NCBI GenBank assembly: GCA_013265495.1
Contig: MU058423.1
Span: 6,929,449-6,993,448, forward strand
From: Vicugna vicugna
Taxonomy: Eukaryota
Reading direction: 5' to 3'
DNA length: 64,000 nt
This document shows, piece by piece, positions 27,415 through 40,419 of this stretch; the first letter of the stretch is position 1; each line of letters begins with the position of its first letter. Position numbers and translations under genes: made by a program. The notes beneath the pieces were generated by a model. It did not search any database and was not told the DNA's origin. It worked only from the letters and a program-made list of their open reading frames with translations.

Positions 27415-27798
27415 TCACTTGACTGACCTTCCCTCTTAATCATAGTCTAATCAGTAAATACCCATATACTTGCCCTCAGCCTCAGCTAGTGATTGTTCTA
27501 ATCTTTAGATCAGAAAAAAAGCTTCACTTTGCTAGTTTATCAAAGGAAAGACAACCACCCTGTGCGGATCATTAGCCTGAGGGGCTCTGCAGGACCAACC
27601 GCTCAGCTGGTTTCCCTGGTAACCAGAAGGCCTTGTCCTGCCCGAAGTCAGCAGGACTCCCGTGGGCGCTGCTCCAGGGCCTTGCTTCAGAGGAGTAAGC
27701 TCCTCCCATGCTGTCTCGGTCGCTGACTCCTGGCTCTTTCTTCGGTCTTGAGGTTGGGCAAGTACAGGGCTTGCAAACCTGCAGGGTGCAGTTCAACA
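27415..27798 (+). mobile_element. ERV LTR 3' part (ends ...gttcaaca)
   Basis: GC-rich U5-like tract (tgtctcggtcgctgactcctggctctttcttcggtcttgagg) ending in CA; family not identified. Confidence 0.5.
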
Positions 27799-28351
27799 AC
27801 CGCAGGGTAGGATCTCTTGGATTGCTGACACATATCAATATTCCTTGTTTCGATAATGATTCCAACCTCATGGAAATGAGACTTACTGTGAAGGAAAAAG
27901 CTGGGCTGGTCTAGCAAGATAACTCACAAGTCTAGGAATGTGAAGGAGAGGCTGGGCTGGGCTAACAAGGTAACACACGAATCTAAGTATTGGAATACTG
28001 ATCTGAGTTCTGCTAGACTAACTTGTAAATCTAGGTTAATTAGTGTTGGTTTGCTATTCATGTTTTTTGCTAGCCAGCTGGGTTTTCAAAGGTACATATC
28101 TGGCTTTGGAATGTTGGTTTGCTGCCTCCCCACCTCCACTTTTGTGATGATAATGCTGCTAAAGCTGTTCCACGCCTATTGGCCGAATACCCCAAGCTTG
28201 TACTTTACCCTATGAAACCTCATACACACGTCTTGGAGGTGCTCAGAGCTTCGGAGCAGAAGCCCCTCTGAGCCCGCCAGCGATATACATCTGAGTACTC
28301 CAACCCTCTGAGTGGTGCTTGTTTCTTGGCTGGCCTGTCGTTTCCATAACA
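27799..28351 (+). mobile_element. ERV LTR (ends ...tttccataaca)
   Basis: LTR-like organisation: ccctatgaaacc TATA-like region, R-like ctcagagcttcggagcagaagcccctctgagcccgcc, terminal CA. Confidence 0.6.
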
Positions 28352-28729
28352 TTTCCATCTGTGGCTTTAATTTTCTTGAACTGTCCTCTCTAACTCTGTA
28401 CAGTCCAAGTTTTTTATTTTTGTCATTTAACATTATTTCTGACATCTTTGGAGTTACAGAAGAAAACAATGTAGATCATTGTTCCCAGAAGTAGCTTCTT
28501 TTAGAGGTCCCGACTAAATCTGTCAGAGCTGTTTGTTGTCCTGGACAGTCTTCTAACAATACAGTTCCCAACATCAAATGTGCTCAGAGCATGGAACACC
28601 TACAGTTCATTCCAAGAGTCGTTACACCAAGCCTAGACCGATTAGTTCAGACAACCCTTTACTTTGGGGAAAGCAGAAGATGAAGCTGCCTATCACAATT
28701 ATTAAATCTGTTCTCAATCCCCTTTCTCT

Positions 28730-29373
28730 TTTTGCCGATAGATGCAACCGGTGTTCCGGGTTCTTGTCCCGTCCCAGAAAGAATTCAGAGACAAGACTTA
28801 GAGGTTAAAAAGGTAAAGTGAGGATTTATTAAAGGATGGATAGTACACTCTCAGGGGAGAGCGGGCAGGCTCAGGTGAGCAGCTGCCCTGAGTTTCTTTG
28901 GCAAGTTAGTTACATAGGGTGTAAAAATGAATGGGCGGAATATTCATTGGGGAGGAAGGGTTTGGGGTCGTATTCCCTGATTATCATCCCAACTCCACCT
29001 TCCCAAAGGGAGGAGGGATTTTTGTCCTTATTTAGTCTGGATCAGAAGTGTCATGGCATTGGTGCATGATGGGTACTTCTGATCTGCAAGGCTAATTTTA
29101 TTGAAATGAGGGCATAATGAGTAAAAGGTTACATTTGGACACTGGAAATTCCTGCCTTTTCTGACATTTCTTTGCTGGTCTCCAGGCCAAAAGGTGTGAC
29201 TCCTTATCAGCCCAAAGATTCCAGCTTTTCTTTCTCTGCCCAGGGATCCCTGCTGCTCACACGATATGTGGTTTCCTACATTTGGCCTCTGCCCCTCCTT
29301 TCTGCCCAATTCCTGCCATTTGGTCTGTGTCCCCCTTTCTCTGCTCATATCTAGCTGTCTGCCTGCTCTAACA
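28730..29373 (-). mobile_element. Solo ERV1-type LTR with 4-bp TSD
   Basis: Ends t(t)ttgccgat...ctctaaca; TSD CTCT at 28726-28729 and 29374-29377; reverse-strand AATAAA at 28825-28830. Confidence 0.85.
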
Positions 29374-29974
29374 CTCTGATCACATGTTCAAATAAATAAC
29401 AGGTACCAAAAATAACAACAATAAAACAAATCAATAATTTTAAGAAACTAGAAAAATATTAATCTAGACTTGTGGAGGAAAAATAAAGCCCATTTCTCCA
29501 CCTGTACATGTCGTAATGTTGGGAAAATTGTATACTCAAATTGCACTTAAAAACAGGACACTACGTAGGGTATATTAAATATGGCGCTTTCAGTACTTCC
29601 GAAGAGTAGGTATTTATTTGCCTTACACTTCCATAACAAGAAATGGTAAGAGAATTCATTCTCCCATACCCACTCTTACAAAGGCAGTAATTCTAAAGAT
29701 TGCGCACTTGCATGTCCCTAAGAATAAGAGCCTTATTAAAGCATTCCCTCTAGGTGCTTCGCTTGTCTTACCTTAATCCTGATCCCGCCTAAATGACATC
29801 ATCCAGTACTAGCTTGAGCAGCTTTTAAATGTTATCTGAGTGAATGAATACAGACAGAAATATTCCAATTTGACACAGATGTGAAATTATTCTTGAGTAT
29901 AGGATCTCATTGTGTTTTATGATGAATGTCAATATGAATAAGCCTTTTAAAGATTGTATTAAAAAGCAATAGAG

Positions 29975-32735
29975 TGATTTCTGCTTCCAACCAAGATAGT
30001 GTAATAAAGATTCTATTTACCCTCCCACCTGAAACAATTGAAAACTAGAAAAATGAAAAAGCAAAAGTTTTCAAGACTTAGAACACTAGACAACAAAGGA
30101 TAGTGGCCTCAGAAATGGAAGGCAAATAAGACAAGGATTATGATTGCCTTTATCATTGCTTGGAGACTGTTTGTAAGCAGTCTTACAGAAGAGGAAAGCC
30201 AGGTAGAACAAGGAGGACTCACTACATGGAGGAGAAACAGTTGAGACCAAGGAGACTATTACACTACAGTTCACAGGACATTCAGCAAAAAAGTACTTGT
30301 TCCCACAAGCTAGAGTGGGAAACTTATATCCATGGAGTATTGAATGAGTTATTCAAGTATGTCTCATCTTGGTGGTGGCACAGTGACCAACCATCTAAGT
30401 TGTGAAAAGAGGATTCTATCAGGGTCTCACAGTAAAGACTTGAGAACTAACCACTGGTGTTCCTAGCAAGAGGAAGGGAAAAGTAAGCGTTGCCAAACAC
30501 AGTCACTGCCTCCTCCAAAACAAAGCCCTGTTATCAAGGGGAAAAGGCTTCAGCAGAGGTCTTATTTAGAAATAGCATCTTTGTAGACGTAATCAAGTTA
30601 AGATGAAATCATACTGAATTAGGGTAGAGCCTAATGAATTAAATGGTGTCCTTAAAAGACAAGAGAAATTTAGGCGCACAGTCAGTCACACATAGAGGGA
30701 AGATTATCATATGGAGACAGAGGAGCATACAAGGAGAATATCATGAGACACCAGAGACTGAGATTTGAGTGATGTATTTGCAAACCAAGGAGAACAAAGA
30801 CTTGCCAGCAACTACCAGATGCTAGGAAAAGGTAAGGAAGGACTGTTTCCTAGAGCCTTCGGAGACAGCATGACCCTATGTCACACTGATTTTAGGATTC
30901 TGGGCTCTAGAACTGTGATAGAATAAATTTATTTTGTTTAAAGCCACCCTTTGTGGTACTTTGTCATGGCAGATGTAAAAACTAATACGTTAGTCAACCT
31001 GCTCTAGAACAATCACTAAATTTTTCTTCAAAGAAATACAAATGGTAAAATAAGACAGGAGATACAATGACATCATAAAAAACTCAGTTAAAACGAGAGA
31101 AAGCAAAAATGTGTGGCAGTAGAGAGAGAGAGAGAAGAAAAGAGCTAACAGAATAAATAGAAAACAGTTATAAGTTACAAAGATGATACATATTAATTCA
31201 TCTATATCTATATATAAATGATATATATATCTATATATAAATGATAACTTTAAATGTGAATGTTTTAAACATATTAATTAAAAACAGATTGTCAAAATGG
31301 TTTAAAAAAGAACAAAGTTTCTTGTCTACAAGAAACCCACTTTAAATATGCAGACCATGATAGGTTTAAAGTAAAGGTATGGAGAGAGATGTACCATGAG
31401 AACTCTAATTAATGAAAGCTGGATTAGCTACATTAATTTTAGAGAAAGCAGACCTCAGACCAAGGAAAACCATCACGGATAAAGAGAGGAGCTATATAAT
31501 GATGGGTTAATTCCCCCAGAAAACATACCAACCCTAAATGTGTATGTACCAAACAACAAAACGTTTTTAAAAAATGAGGAAAACCTGATAAAATTGAAAG
31601 AAAGAATTGTGACAGTTGGAAACGTCAGTGCTCCTCTGTCATAACTGTTGGGTCAGGCAGGCAGAAAATCAGGAAGAATGACTTTAACAGTGCTAATGAG
31701 ATCAACATGATCTAACTGACATTTATGAAATAAAATCACTAGGCCAAGATGGTTTCACTGGTGAGTTCAAACAAATTTTTTTTTAAAAAACAATAATACT
31801 AATTTTCCACAATATCTTCCAGAAAAATAGAAGCTATGGGATACTTCCTGACTAATCTTATGAGGGTAACAACCCTAATACCAAAACCAAATAAAGACAT
31901 TACAAGAAAAGAAGACTACAGACCACTGTCCCTCAGGAACATAAAAGCAAAAATCCTTAACAAAATATCCATTTAGTCCATCAATAAATAAAAAAGGTAA
32001 CAACTCCTGACCAGTGGGGTCATTCCAGCAATGCAAGGCTGATCCAATAACTGTACCTCAATCAATATAATCTATTATATTAACAAAGTGAAAAAAGTAG
32101 TAATTAATAAAATTCAACACCCATTCATATAAAAAGCAAAACTCTCAAAAAACTAGGAACTGAAGGGAGCGTCCCTAACCTAATAATGGGTATATTAAAA
32201 AAACCTGCAGCTAAAACGATGTTTATTGGTGACAGATTCAATATTTTTTCTCCAAAGATCAAGCACAAAGCAACATATCTGATCCTACCTTTCCTATCCA
32301 ATGTCATATAGGTCATTCCAGCTAGTGCTAGAATAAGACAAGACAAGGAAACAAAAGACATGCAGATTGTAAAGAAATAAAACTGCTGTCTTTATACACA
32401 GATGAGATAATTGCCTTTATAGAAAAATGTACAAAAATAATCCTGGAATTAATAGTGGAAGTCATTTAAGATCGCAGGATACAAGGTCAAGGTGCAAAAG
32501 ACAATTTTTCTGTACACCAGGAAGAAAAAAACTTTACTTTGAAATTAAAGTAAGCAATTCCATTTACTATAGCACCTCCTCCCCACCAAAAAGTACTTTT
32601 CTAACAAAATAAACTGCATATTGAAAGCTACAAAACTCATATAAAAAAAAAGATCTAAATAAACACAAAGATATCTCAGGTTCATAAATTAGAAAAATGA
32701 ATATTGTTTGGATGCCAGTTCTTCCCAAATTTAGG
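29975..32735 (+). mobile_element. Old, heavily deleted L1 (5' end, endonuclease and RT remnants)
   Basis: L1M-like 5' end (ttctgcttccaaccaagat), QETHF-coding caagaaacccacttt at ~31330, and RT remnants (accctaataccaaaacca, aaaatccttaacaaaat, aaattcaacacccattcat). Confidence 0.75.
30562..30990 (+). mobile_element. MaLR LTR (MLT1B/C-like) nested in old L1
   Basis: ttatttagaaatagcatctttgtagacgtaatcaagttaagatg...ctagagccttcggag...ctagaactgtgatagaataaat...ttaaagccacc...aaactaatac. Confidence 0.8.
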
Positions 32736-33881
32736 GTCCTGTTGTGCCCTAATAGAACGTTCTACAATAGATTTTGAAAACAATTTGGTACTAAAAAGTA
32801 GAGTTTTATTTTAATTCTATGAAAGCAGCATTTCATGTCTTGAGTTGCCGTTATCTTTATTGTGTCTCTTGCTCCTTTTTAGAATGTTGAGGATCTCGAG
32901 ATTGAACTAGCATTACCCCTTTGTTATTCTGCACTGCAGCCTTGTGAATATGGCTGTGCTAGGGGTATCAATATCAACGAACGTGTTTTTCAATTTGAGA
33001 AGAGTTGAGAAGAGTTACTCTCATTAGTTTTTCTTTTTCTACAAATAAGCTCATTTTGTAAATGTCTCTTGATTTAATGCTAAAGTCATCTTGAGTTTAG
33101 CTTAAAACAATTCCAGCTGCCTCCTAACCAAGTCTCCACTGCCTCTAACTCCAAACATATTAGGAACCAACGTTTCTTTTTAAGAATTTTATTGTCTATA
33201 AAATCACCATAATGCTTCTTGAAATACTGCCCTGCTTTAAAATGCCATTCGATTTTATAATATAATTTATAAGATGTGTGGGATCCTCCTAAATACATGT
33301 TCCAAACAAAATTTTCCGGGAATGATGACAATCTTACTTAAGAAAATCCTGCCCTTAGGCAGGTTGCTTTCTACTAAAGGAAGCCTATTTAATTGCTGGA
33401 TGGAAACTGATTCTCCAGAAGAAAATGAGTTATCTTGTCGCTGGGTTAAGCACTCTTTGGATTTCCTGAAGGGCTCTTGGGATGACTGGTTTTAACTCCT
33501 ATCAGAAAAGGAAAGCACTGAAGTTTTGCCCTCGCTGTCCTTTACTAATGAAGGAGTTAGGAACAATACCTCAATATAGGACTATTTTTTCTATTTTTTT
33601 AAGTCATTTTAATTTACTCTTTTTTCTAGATTACGCTGGGTTGCAGATGAGTCTTAATTTCAAGATTTGTTGAGAACCATCTGTAGGACTCTTTTTGAAA
33701 GGAAGCAAGAGTGGAAAAAGTAATAATATGCTTTCCCTGTTTAATTTGTTTTCCTAGTATAAATGGCCATTTCCACCTGTGGTTGTTTCTCTGGGTTAGT
33801 GCCCAGCACAGAGCAGGTACATAGAAAGTGCTCAATATTATTTATACACACATACATGTTTGTATTGTGTGTTTTTATATA

Positions 33882-33902
33882 TGTGTGTGTGTGTGTGTGT
33901 GT
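33882..33902. repeat. (TG)n microsatellite within an AT/TA-rich low-complexity tract
   Basis: Direct reading of the sequence. Confidence 0.85.
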
Positions 33903-34394
33903 ATAGGTATATATATATCATATCAAATATATATGTGATATATATTATAAATAGCTAGCTAGCTAGGTATATAAAAGAAGGAAAACTGTGTGCACATAGA
34001 AATAGAAAATCCCAGGATAAAATATTAGAAGTCATCTTAAGGCATAATGATAACTAATGACAACAAGACTGTTTTTCTAATAGAAAGGAATGGAAAGGAT
34101 GGCAGATAAAATCTGTTACACTGAATTTGTAGAAGTTTAAAAAAAAAGGCTGCATTTTATTCACATGGCAACATATACAAATTATAAGGGGAACCATACT
34201 TAAGAAAAAGACAAACAATTGAGACAAAAAGTTACTCATGAAAATAACTTGACCCAATCTACCTGATATCCAACTGGGGCAGATCATAACAAATCAAAGA
34301 ATGATATTTAAAATTACATGGTTATGATGAAGAATGCCTAAGTTAATAATAAGGGGAAATTATGATTTAAATATACATTTAAAATACTTTGCAC

Positions 34395-35350
34395 TACTAG
34401 AACTTTCATACATTTCCATTGGAAGTGTAAATTGGTGAAATTACTATTGTTGCCGACTCCAAACTCGTTCTGCTTGCTGCATGACAGGCCAATAAATTGG
34501 GAGATGAGGTGTTGGGGCAAGGAATAGTGACTTTATTTGGAAAGCTGGCAGACCTAAAGGATAGCAGACTAATATCTCGGAGAACCATCCTGCTCCAGTC
34601 AGAATACAGGCTCCTTTTATACAAAAAATAAGGGAGGGTGAGGGACAATAAGGGAGGAGGTGTGGTTGATTGTTGTAATCTTCTTGCTGCAGGCATTCTT
34701 TGTTCTCGCAGCCATCCCGGTGGGCCAGGTCATGGTGTCCCTGTAAACCTCCAACAAAACAAAGGTTATTCTCTACCACACTATGGAAGTATATACACTA
34801 TCTACTAAATTGAACATATATGTACCCTGTAACCCAGCAGTTTTACTCTTGAATATCTACTCAACAGAACTTTTAATTACGATCACTGGACTATATGAAC
34901 TTGTAGATAGCAGCTAAAAATGGAAACAACCTAAGTCTTTGTCAGTGGTAGAATGGATAAATTATGACATATTCATAATAGAATACTATATCTAACAATA
35001 GAATGAACAAACTATAATTATATGCCATAACAATGGTGAATCTCACAAATACTTTATTGAGTGAAAGAAGACACAAATTAATATACACTATATGATTCCA
35101 TTTCTATTTAGTTAAAAAAATGGGTGAAACTAATTTATGTTGGAATCAGAATAGTGGTTTACTTGAGAGAGGGTAATGATCAGAAGGGTCAACAGAGGGC
35201 AGTCTCACAAGGGAACAATCAGTTTCCTGAATGCAATTTTTTAATCTGAGTTTTGGTGACATGGATAAGCTCACTTTGTAAAAGTTCTTGGAGCTATGTT
35301 TTTTGATTTGTATTATACATAGACTATATTTTAATTTTTAAAAAATTACA
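34395..35350 (+). mobile_element. Old L1 (L1ME-type) 3' end, interrupted by an LTR
   Basis: ggaagtgtaaattggt...tggaaacaacctaagtc...gaatggataaattatg...tgagtgaaagaagacac...tatgattccattt. Confidence 0.7.
34448..34780 (-). mobile_element. Solo ERV1-type LTR with 4-bp TSD
   Basis: TG...CA ends (tgttgccg...ctaccaca); TSD CTAT at 34444-34447 and 34781-34784; reverse-strand AATAAA (tttatt ~34532). Confidence 0.85.
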
Positions 35351-35949
35351 AAAAAATTTTACTGCTTTTAAATCTACCAATATCATTTGGTAAATGTAAA
35401 AGTTGTAAAATTTCTAAATGTTTTTATTGGCATTTTGCCACTAAAAAAATGAAGATGATTGTCAAATTATTCACCTTTCCTGTTTTAGCTTTACTCCAAC
35501 AATTACTAGTATATACAAGAAAATAAATGGGAGAATTATTCAGAATACTAACTTAGGCTACACATTTATTGATAGTAAAAACTTAGAGGAAGAAAACTGG
35601 AACTGATTTAACACAACTGTAGATTTAGTGTGATTTTCCCTTCCTGTTTTGTAAAACACAAAAACATGAAATTTTCTTTAAATGTTCTCTCCTTGTGAAG
35701 ACTGGGGGCTCATTTGTTTAAAAAATATATTGGTGTTTATTCTTCAAACCTGATTAGAAAAAAAAAATCAATGAATCTGTTTAGCATTACAATTATCAAA
35801 AAGAGAAATAGAATATTATTCTTTTAGTACATTATTTCAAATTATACTAAAATTAATTACATTAGAATAATGTATTAAGGTAACAGCCCCTTAATATCAT
35901 ATTATATTAATTTTAAAATCTTTGGTCTTAAGCATCCTGTCTGCCTCCA

Positions 35950-37060
35950 AAATGTTTCTGCAGTTTGTGCATTTCTCCTATTCCATTGCTACCACCTTAG
36001 TTCAAGATTCTACAGTCCCTCATCTAGATTTTTACAATAGCCTCCTAACAGTTCCCAATTTCTGCCCTTCGCCTGCTTCCAGTCTATTCCCAACAAAGTA
36101 GCCAGAGTTGCGACTGGATGGAAGGGGGCAGGGCACAGCCACTCAAGGAATGACAGCAATTTAACACCAGAGTGGTGGAAGATTCACTAAAATGGTGGAA
36201 GATTCACCTCCTAGTTGCCCTTGAGGATTAAGAGGTTTGACTTCTAGTAGACCTTGAGCTTCATTATATGTTCATTGTAACAGCGTGATCAAATAACATG
36301 CCCGCAGGCACCGTGACAGTAAAAGGCCAAAGAATGGGCGGTGGCCCAATTCCTGGTAATCTCAGCCCCTTGCCCAGGACAATTGGAATGGTCCCACCTG
36401 TAGGTGTGTGCAGCAACTGAGACCACAAAAATGGACACCACCACGCCTAGTGGCCCTTTTTTCGCTCCCTCCGCTTTGGAGATGGCTTGCACTCTGTCTA
36501 TGGAGTGTGTATCTACTTTTACTTTAACCTGAGCACCCAAGCACCCAAGTGCATCAGAGTGATTTTTGTTAAAATATAGAGATGTCACTGCCCTGCTAAA
36601 AATTCTCTATGACATTCCATCTTGCTCATAATAAAAGTCAGAGTACTTGTAGCCCTCAGGATCTCTTGGTTCTCCCAACACCAGCCACACTGGTTGGTTC
36701 CCTTGCTATTTTTCTCACCTGCAGTACACATCCTTGCCTCTGAGGCTTTGCACCTGCTGGCCTCCCATTATCTGCATGCTCCCTCACTTCCTCCCCTGTT
36801 TTAAATACACTTTGTCAATGAGGCTTTCCCTTACCATGCCATCTGAAATTTCATAAACATACCTCATTTCTTAATCTCCTTTCCAGACTAATTTTTCCTC
36901 TCAGACTTTCATTATTTAATATAATACATATCTTACTTACCTCGTTTATTTTCTGTCTCCTCTCCTAAAAAGAAAACTCCAGACAGGAAGGGGTTTTTGT
37001 CAGTTTTCTTTACAACCATATCACCAGTGCCGAAGTCTTAGCCCTTGGTGGATACTGAAT
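35950..37060 (+). mobile_element. L2 LINE 3' region, split by an LTR
   Basis: ttacaatagcctcctaac...gccagagt|gatttttgttaaaat...aataaaagtcagagtactt...ggctttgcacctgctgg...aggaaggggtttttgtcagtttt. Confidence 0.75.
36109..36556 (+). mobile_element. Solo ERV LTR (448 bp) with 4-bp TSD
   Basis: TG...CA ends; TSD GAGT at 36105-36108 and 36557-36560. Removing it restores the L2 motif gccagagtgattttt. Internal direct repeat tggtggaagattcac. Confidence 0.85.
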
Positions 37061-37269
37061 GAAATTTAGAGAACCCTTAAAAAATACCTCAGAGTATTTT
37101 GTTAAATATAAACACTTTTGGCCATTTTTAACTTTTGAAAAACTATACCCAGGAATTCCAACTACTCAATGTAAGAAGAAATAAAAAGAGAGCACTTCAG
37201 GAAAATATTAGATCTTGGGCCACGAAGATAGATTTCTAGCATGAGATAGGCCACCAAAATTAAAGTTAT

Positions 37270-37810
37270 AGACTTCCAGTTTCCATTTGTAAGGGGCTTG
37301 GAAGTCCATCCTTACAAGTAAGAAATTGAACAAACCGAAACAATGAAAAACTCTTCTTAGACTCATCAGAGAAGTGAGGTCACATAGCAAACTGCTAGGC
37401 CCCAAACTGGAGAGACAGGCAGGCAGGTACAGGGAAGCGCAACTTACTGGAGCAGGAATCCACAAGTGGAAACCCCAGCAGGAATCAGTACCAAGACAGG
37501 GAAACCTAAACCTGATGAATTGCTGGAGGCTCAGAGCGGAAAATTCTAAGAGTCAAAAACTCCAGGGGGACGCAGTCATAAAACCCACACCTTGTGATTT
37601 TTAGCTCCAGGCATTCTACCAAGTTCTCATGGTGAATACTGGAGAGAAACCTACTCATCCTTCTGGCAGGGGGAGGGAAAAGGAGCCCTGCCGATCCTTT
37701 TGCTTTTCTTAATAAAGGCTGCCCTGAGGAGAATCTGTTTTACCAGAGCCTAATCTGTCAGGGTTTTAGCAGAGCCCAACTGGCCCCCAACCTGGGGGAA
37801 GAGCAGTTAC
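37270..37810 (+). mobile_element. Old L1 5'-end fragment (L1M-type)
   Basis: gacttccagtttcc...aactcttcttagactcatcagagaagtgaggtcacatagcaaactg...ggagagacaggcaggcag resembles ancient L1 5' UTRs. Confidence 0.55.
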
Positions 37811-37982
37811 CCATTGGGATTTTTATAATCCCTCCAGGACAATAGCAGAGGTTAAAGTGAAGGAGAAAAAGTCCTAAAGCAAGGACAAAATCTTTGATAA
37901 TCAGGGTATGTAGAAGCCAAACAATGAGGAAGGGCAGAGCACCAAGCAGCTAGAATGTCAAAGCCCTCAAATATGCATGAGT

Positions 37983-38224
37983 TTTTTGTTTGTTTCATTT
38001 TGTTTATTTTTTTTAATTGAAGTACAGTCAGTTACAATGTGTCCATTTCTGGTGTACAGCACAATGTCCCAGTCATGCATATAGATACATATATTCGTTT
38101 TCATATTCTTTTTCATTAAAGATAATTACAAGATATTTAACATAGTTCCCTGTGCTATACCAAAGAAACTTTTTCAAAATCTTTTTTTAAATATAGTGGC
38201 TAATATTTGTAAATCTCAGACTCC
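37983..38224 (-). mobile_element. L1 3'-UTR fragment (second young type) with 15-bp TSD
   Basis: T tail, ttgaagtacagtcagttacaatgtgt...catagttccctgtgctata; TSD CAAAT(A/G)TGCATGAGT at 37968-37982 and 38225-38239. Confidence 0.9.
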
Positions 38225-38699
38225 CAAATGTGCATGAGTCTTTATACGGTGATGGAGAATTAATGATTTCTAAGCAGTGACTGAGAAACAAAGAGAAAGT
38301 AAACCTCACCTCCTGGCTGTAACATGAGTGAAAAAGTCTGAGACTCGATTTCAGTCAGGCAAAGAGAGGTGTATATTCTGTGAAGAGTTTGAGAAGGAAG
38401 GAGAGCTCCTTTATCAAGAGAACAGAGTTCATGAGTGCTCAGTGTGGAGACTATGAAGGAGAGAAACTTCTAAAAGTCATGCAAAGACGTGTATTATGTT
38501 CACAGAAGACCGTGAGTACAGATAGAATTTAGGGAGAGAATACAGGAATAGGAAGTGCAGTCAAACTACCTGAAGCATTTTAAAAGAAGCAGCCTCAATG
38601 GCCCTTGGTGTATGGGGGTGTCAGTGGCAAGGTCTCTAAAGGTCTCAGGGAAGATAAATACTCACTTTTTAAAAGACTCATTTACATCTATGATTGATC

Positions 38700-38990
38700 T
38701 TGTGACCATAAGAAATAAACATTTGTCAGTTTAGGGTGCTTTGGGGAAGCTTTTCTTTTTTTTTTTGTCTTGATTAAACAGACCATGCTGAGTGCCAGCA
38801 GCCTTTTTGTGGCCATGAGGAAAAGATCTTGACATCGTTTACTGAACTGTTGACCTAATGTCAATAGACATATACCTTCAGAATTCTTACTATCTGATTA
38901 AAAACAAAATAAACAAACAAAAGTACCTTACTTTAAGTGGTTGTAGTTTGGTTTTCTATTACTTGCAACCTGAGGCAATTCTGTCTGGTA
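38700..38990 (+). mobile_element. Old MaLR LTR 3' part (MLT1J/K-like), followed by an L2 tail to ~39230
   Basis: ctttaagtggttgtagtttggttttctattacttgcaacctgaggcaattct; the L2 tail reads catcctttgaaggcagagatgcc...cacagtgtctgctacatggtaag. Confidence 0.5.
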
Positions 38991-40377
38991 TAACTTCCAT
39001 GCTCTTTTCAGGAAGAATTAATTGTGTTTATACTTTTCCATTACATGTAATTTCTTTTCACATCTGTCCTGTAATAGTTGTTCAATGTATTATTATTTGT
39101 CTTCCTCCCACATAGACCAGACATCCTTTGAAGGCAGAGATGCCATTATATTTACATTTGTGTTCTAAACCTGTCTCACAGTGTCTGCTACATGGTAAGA
39201 AGTCAATAGTTATGTGGAAAAATGGATGAAAAGTGAATATATGAAGACCTATAATTTTATCTGCTCTAGAACCACTTCTGGGAATTGTCTTTGCTGTCAT
39301 ACATACATGGCCACTGTGAAAATCACTCTGCTAAGTAAAATAATCTTGAGCCCAGGACACAACTGATTTAGAAATGAGATGTTCTATATTCCTGTGCCAA
39401 TCACAATCTTTCCCTGGGCATTTAGAATACAGAATTGAGAGAAAAGACTGTGTGGATGAACACTTTCCAGTAATTTCCTCTGTGGCCTCACCTAACCAGA
39501 GGAGATTCCTATTTCTCACAACCAAATGCATTTTAGTGATTAGTACAAGAGATACAGATTGGATATGGAGGATGGGCACAATTTCAATATCTGCTGGATA
39601 TTAGATTTGATAGGTACAAGAGAACATTATGAGGACAAACCTGAAATAAAACTTTTTAAGGGTTATATCACAAGAGATGGGGTCAGGAGACAAGTTTAAA
39701 GTACAGTCTCAGTTCACATTGTGTAGGGAATCGAATGCAAGTCTCTATTTAACATTACTTCTTGGGAGTTCAGAGCACTCACAACACCCAGTTCTTAGAT
39801 GGGCAAACCCCTATATGACTATATAAGCAACCATCACAAAACCACAGAGTCTGCCAGGGATTAAGCCAGAAATAGAACTCAAAAAACTGAGCTACAAATC
39901 CCACTCTCTAACCACTAGCACCACTCCCTTCCTACAGTACATTTAGTGTGAAATAGTTTTTTGGTTTCTTTTCATGCTTGCAGTCAGCTGAAGTAGGGTG
40001 GAAAAAAATTAAAAACAGGCCATGCACTGAAAATGCATTTTTCTTTCCATTTAGGGACCTTGAAATTAAAATAAATAAATAATTTAAGAAATTTCTTGGA
40101 CATTAAAAACCCAAAATGTAATTTTCTACTATAAACTTCTTTTATACTGGTACTCTTAAAAAATAAGTGTAAAATTTTTTCATCTGTACATGAAATTAGA
40201 CTATTTTTCATCTCTTTGAGAAATGGCATCTTTTAGAGAGGGACTGTTAATAAGGAGCTATTTTCTTTAGATTCTCTGGCCAGGCAAACCTTAGCAAAGC
40301 AAGATTATCAAAAAGATGAAACTGACTTTTACATTCTGAGTTCTATCAGACTGTTAATTTATTTTTTATTTTTCCAG

Positions 40378-40419
40378 AGTAAAGGTAAATTAGAATCTTT
40401 ACAAGCAGAAAATTCAAAG
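40378..40419 (+). other. Candidate 42-nt internal exon (SKGKLESLQAENSK), unverified
   Basis: Long T tract + CAG acceptor at 40375-40377, AAG|GTAAAG donor, length divisible by 3 with one open frame; lies in non-repetitive sequence. Confidence 0.25.
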
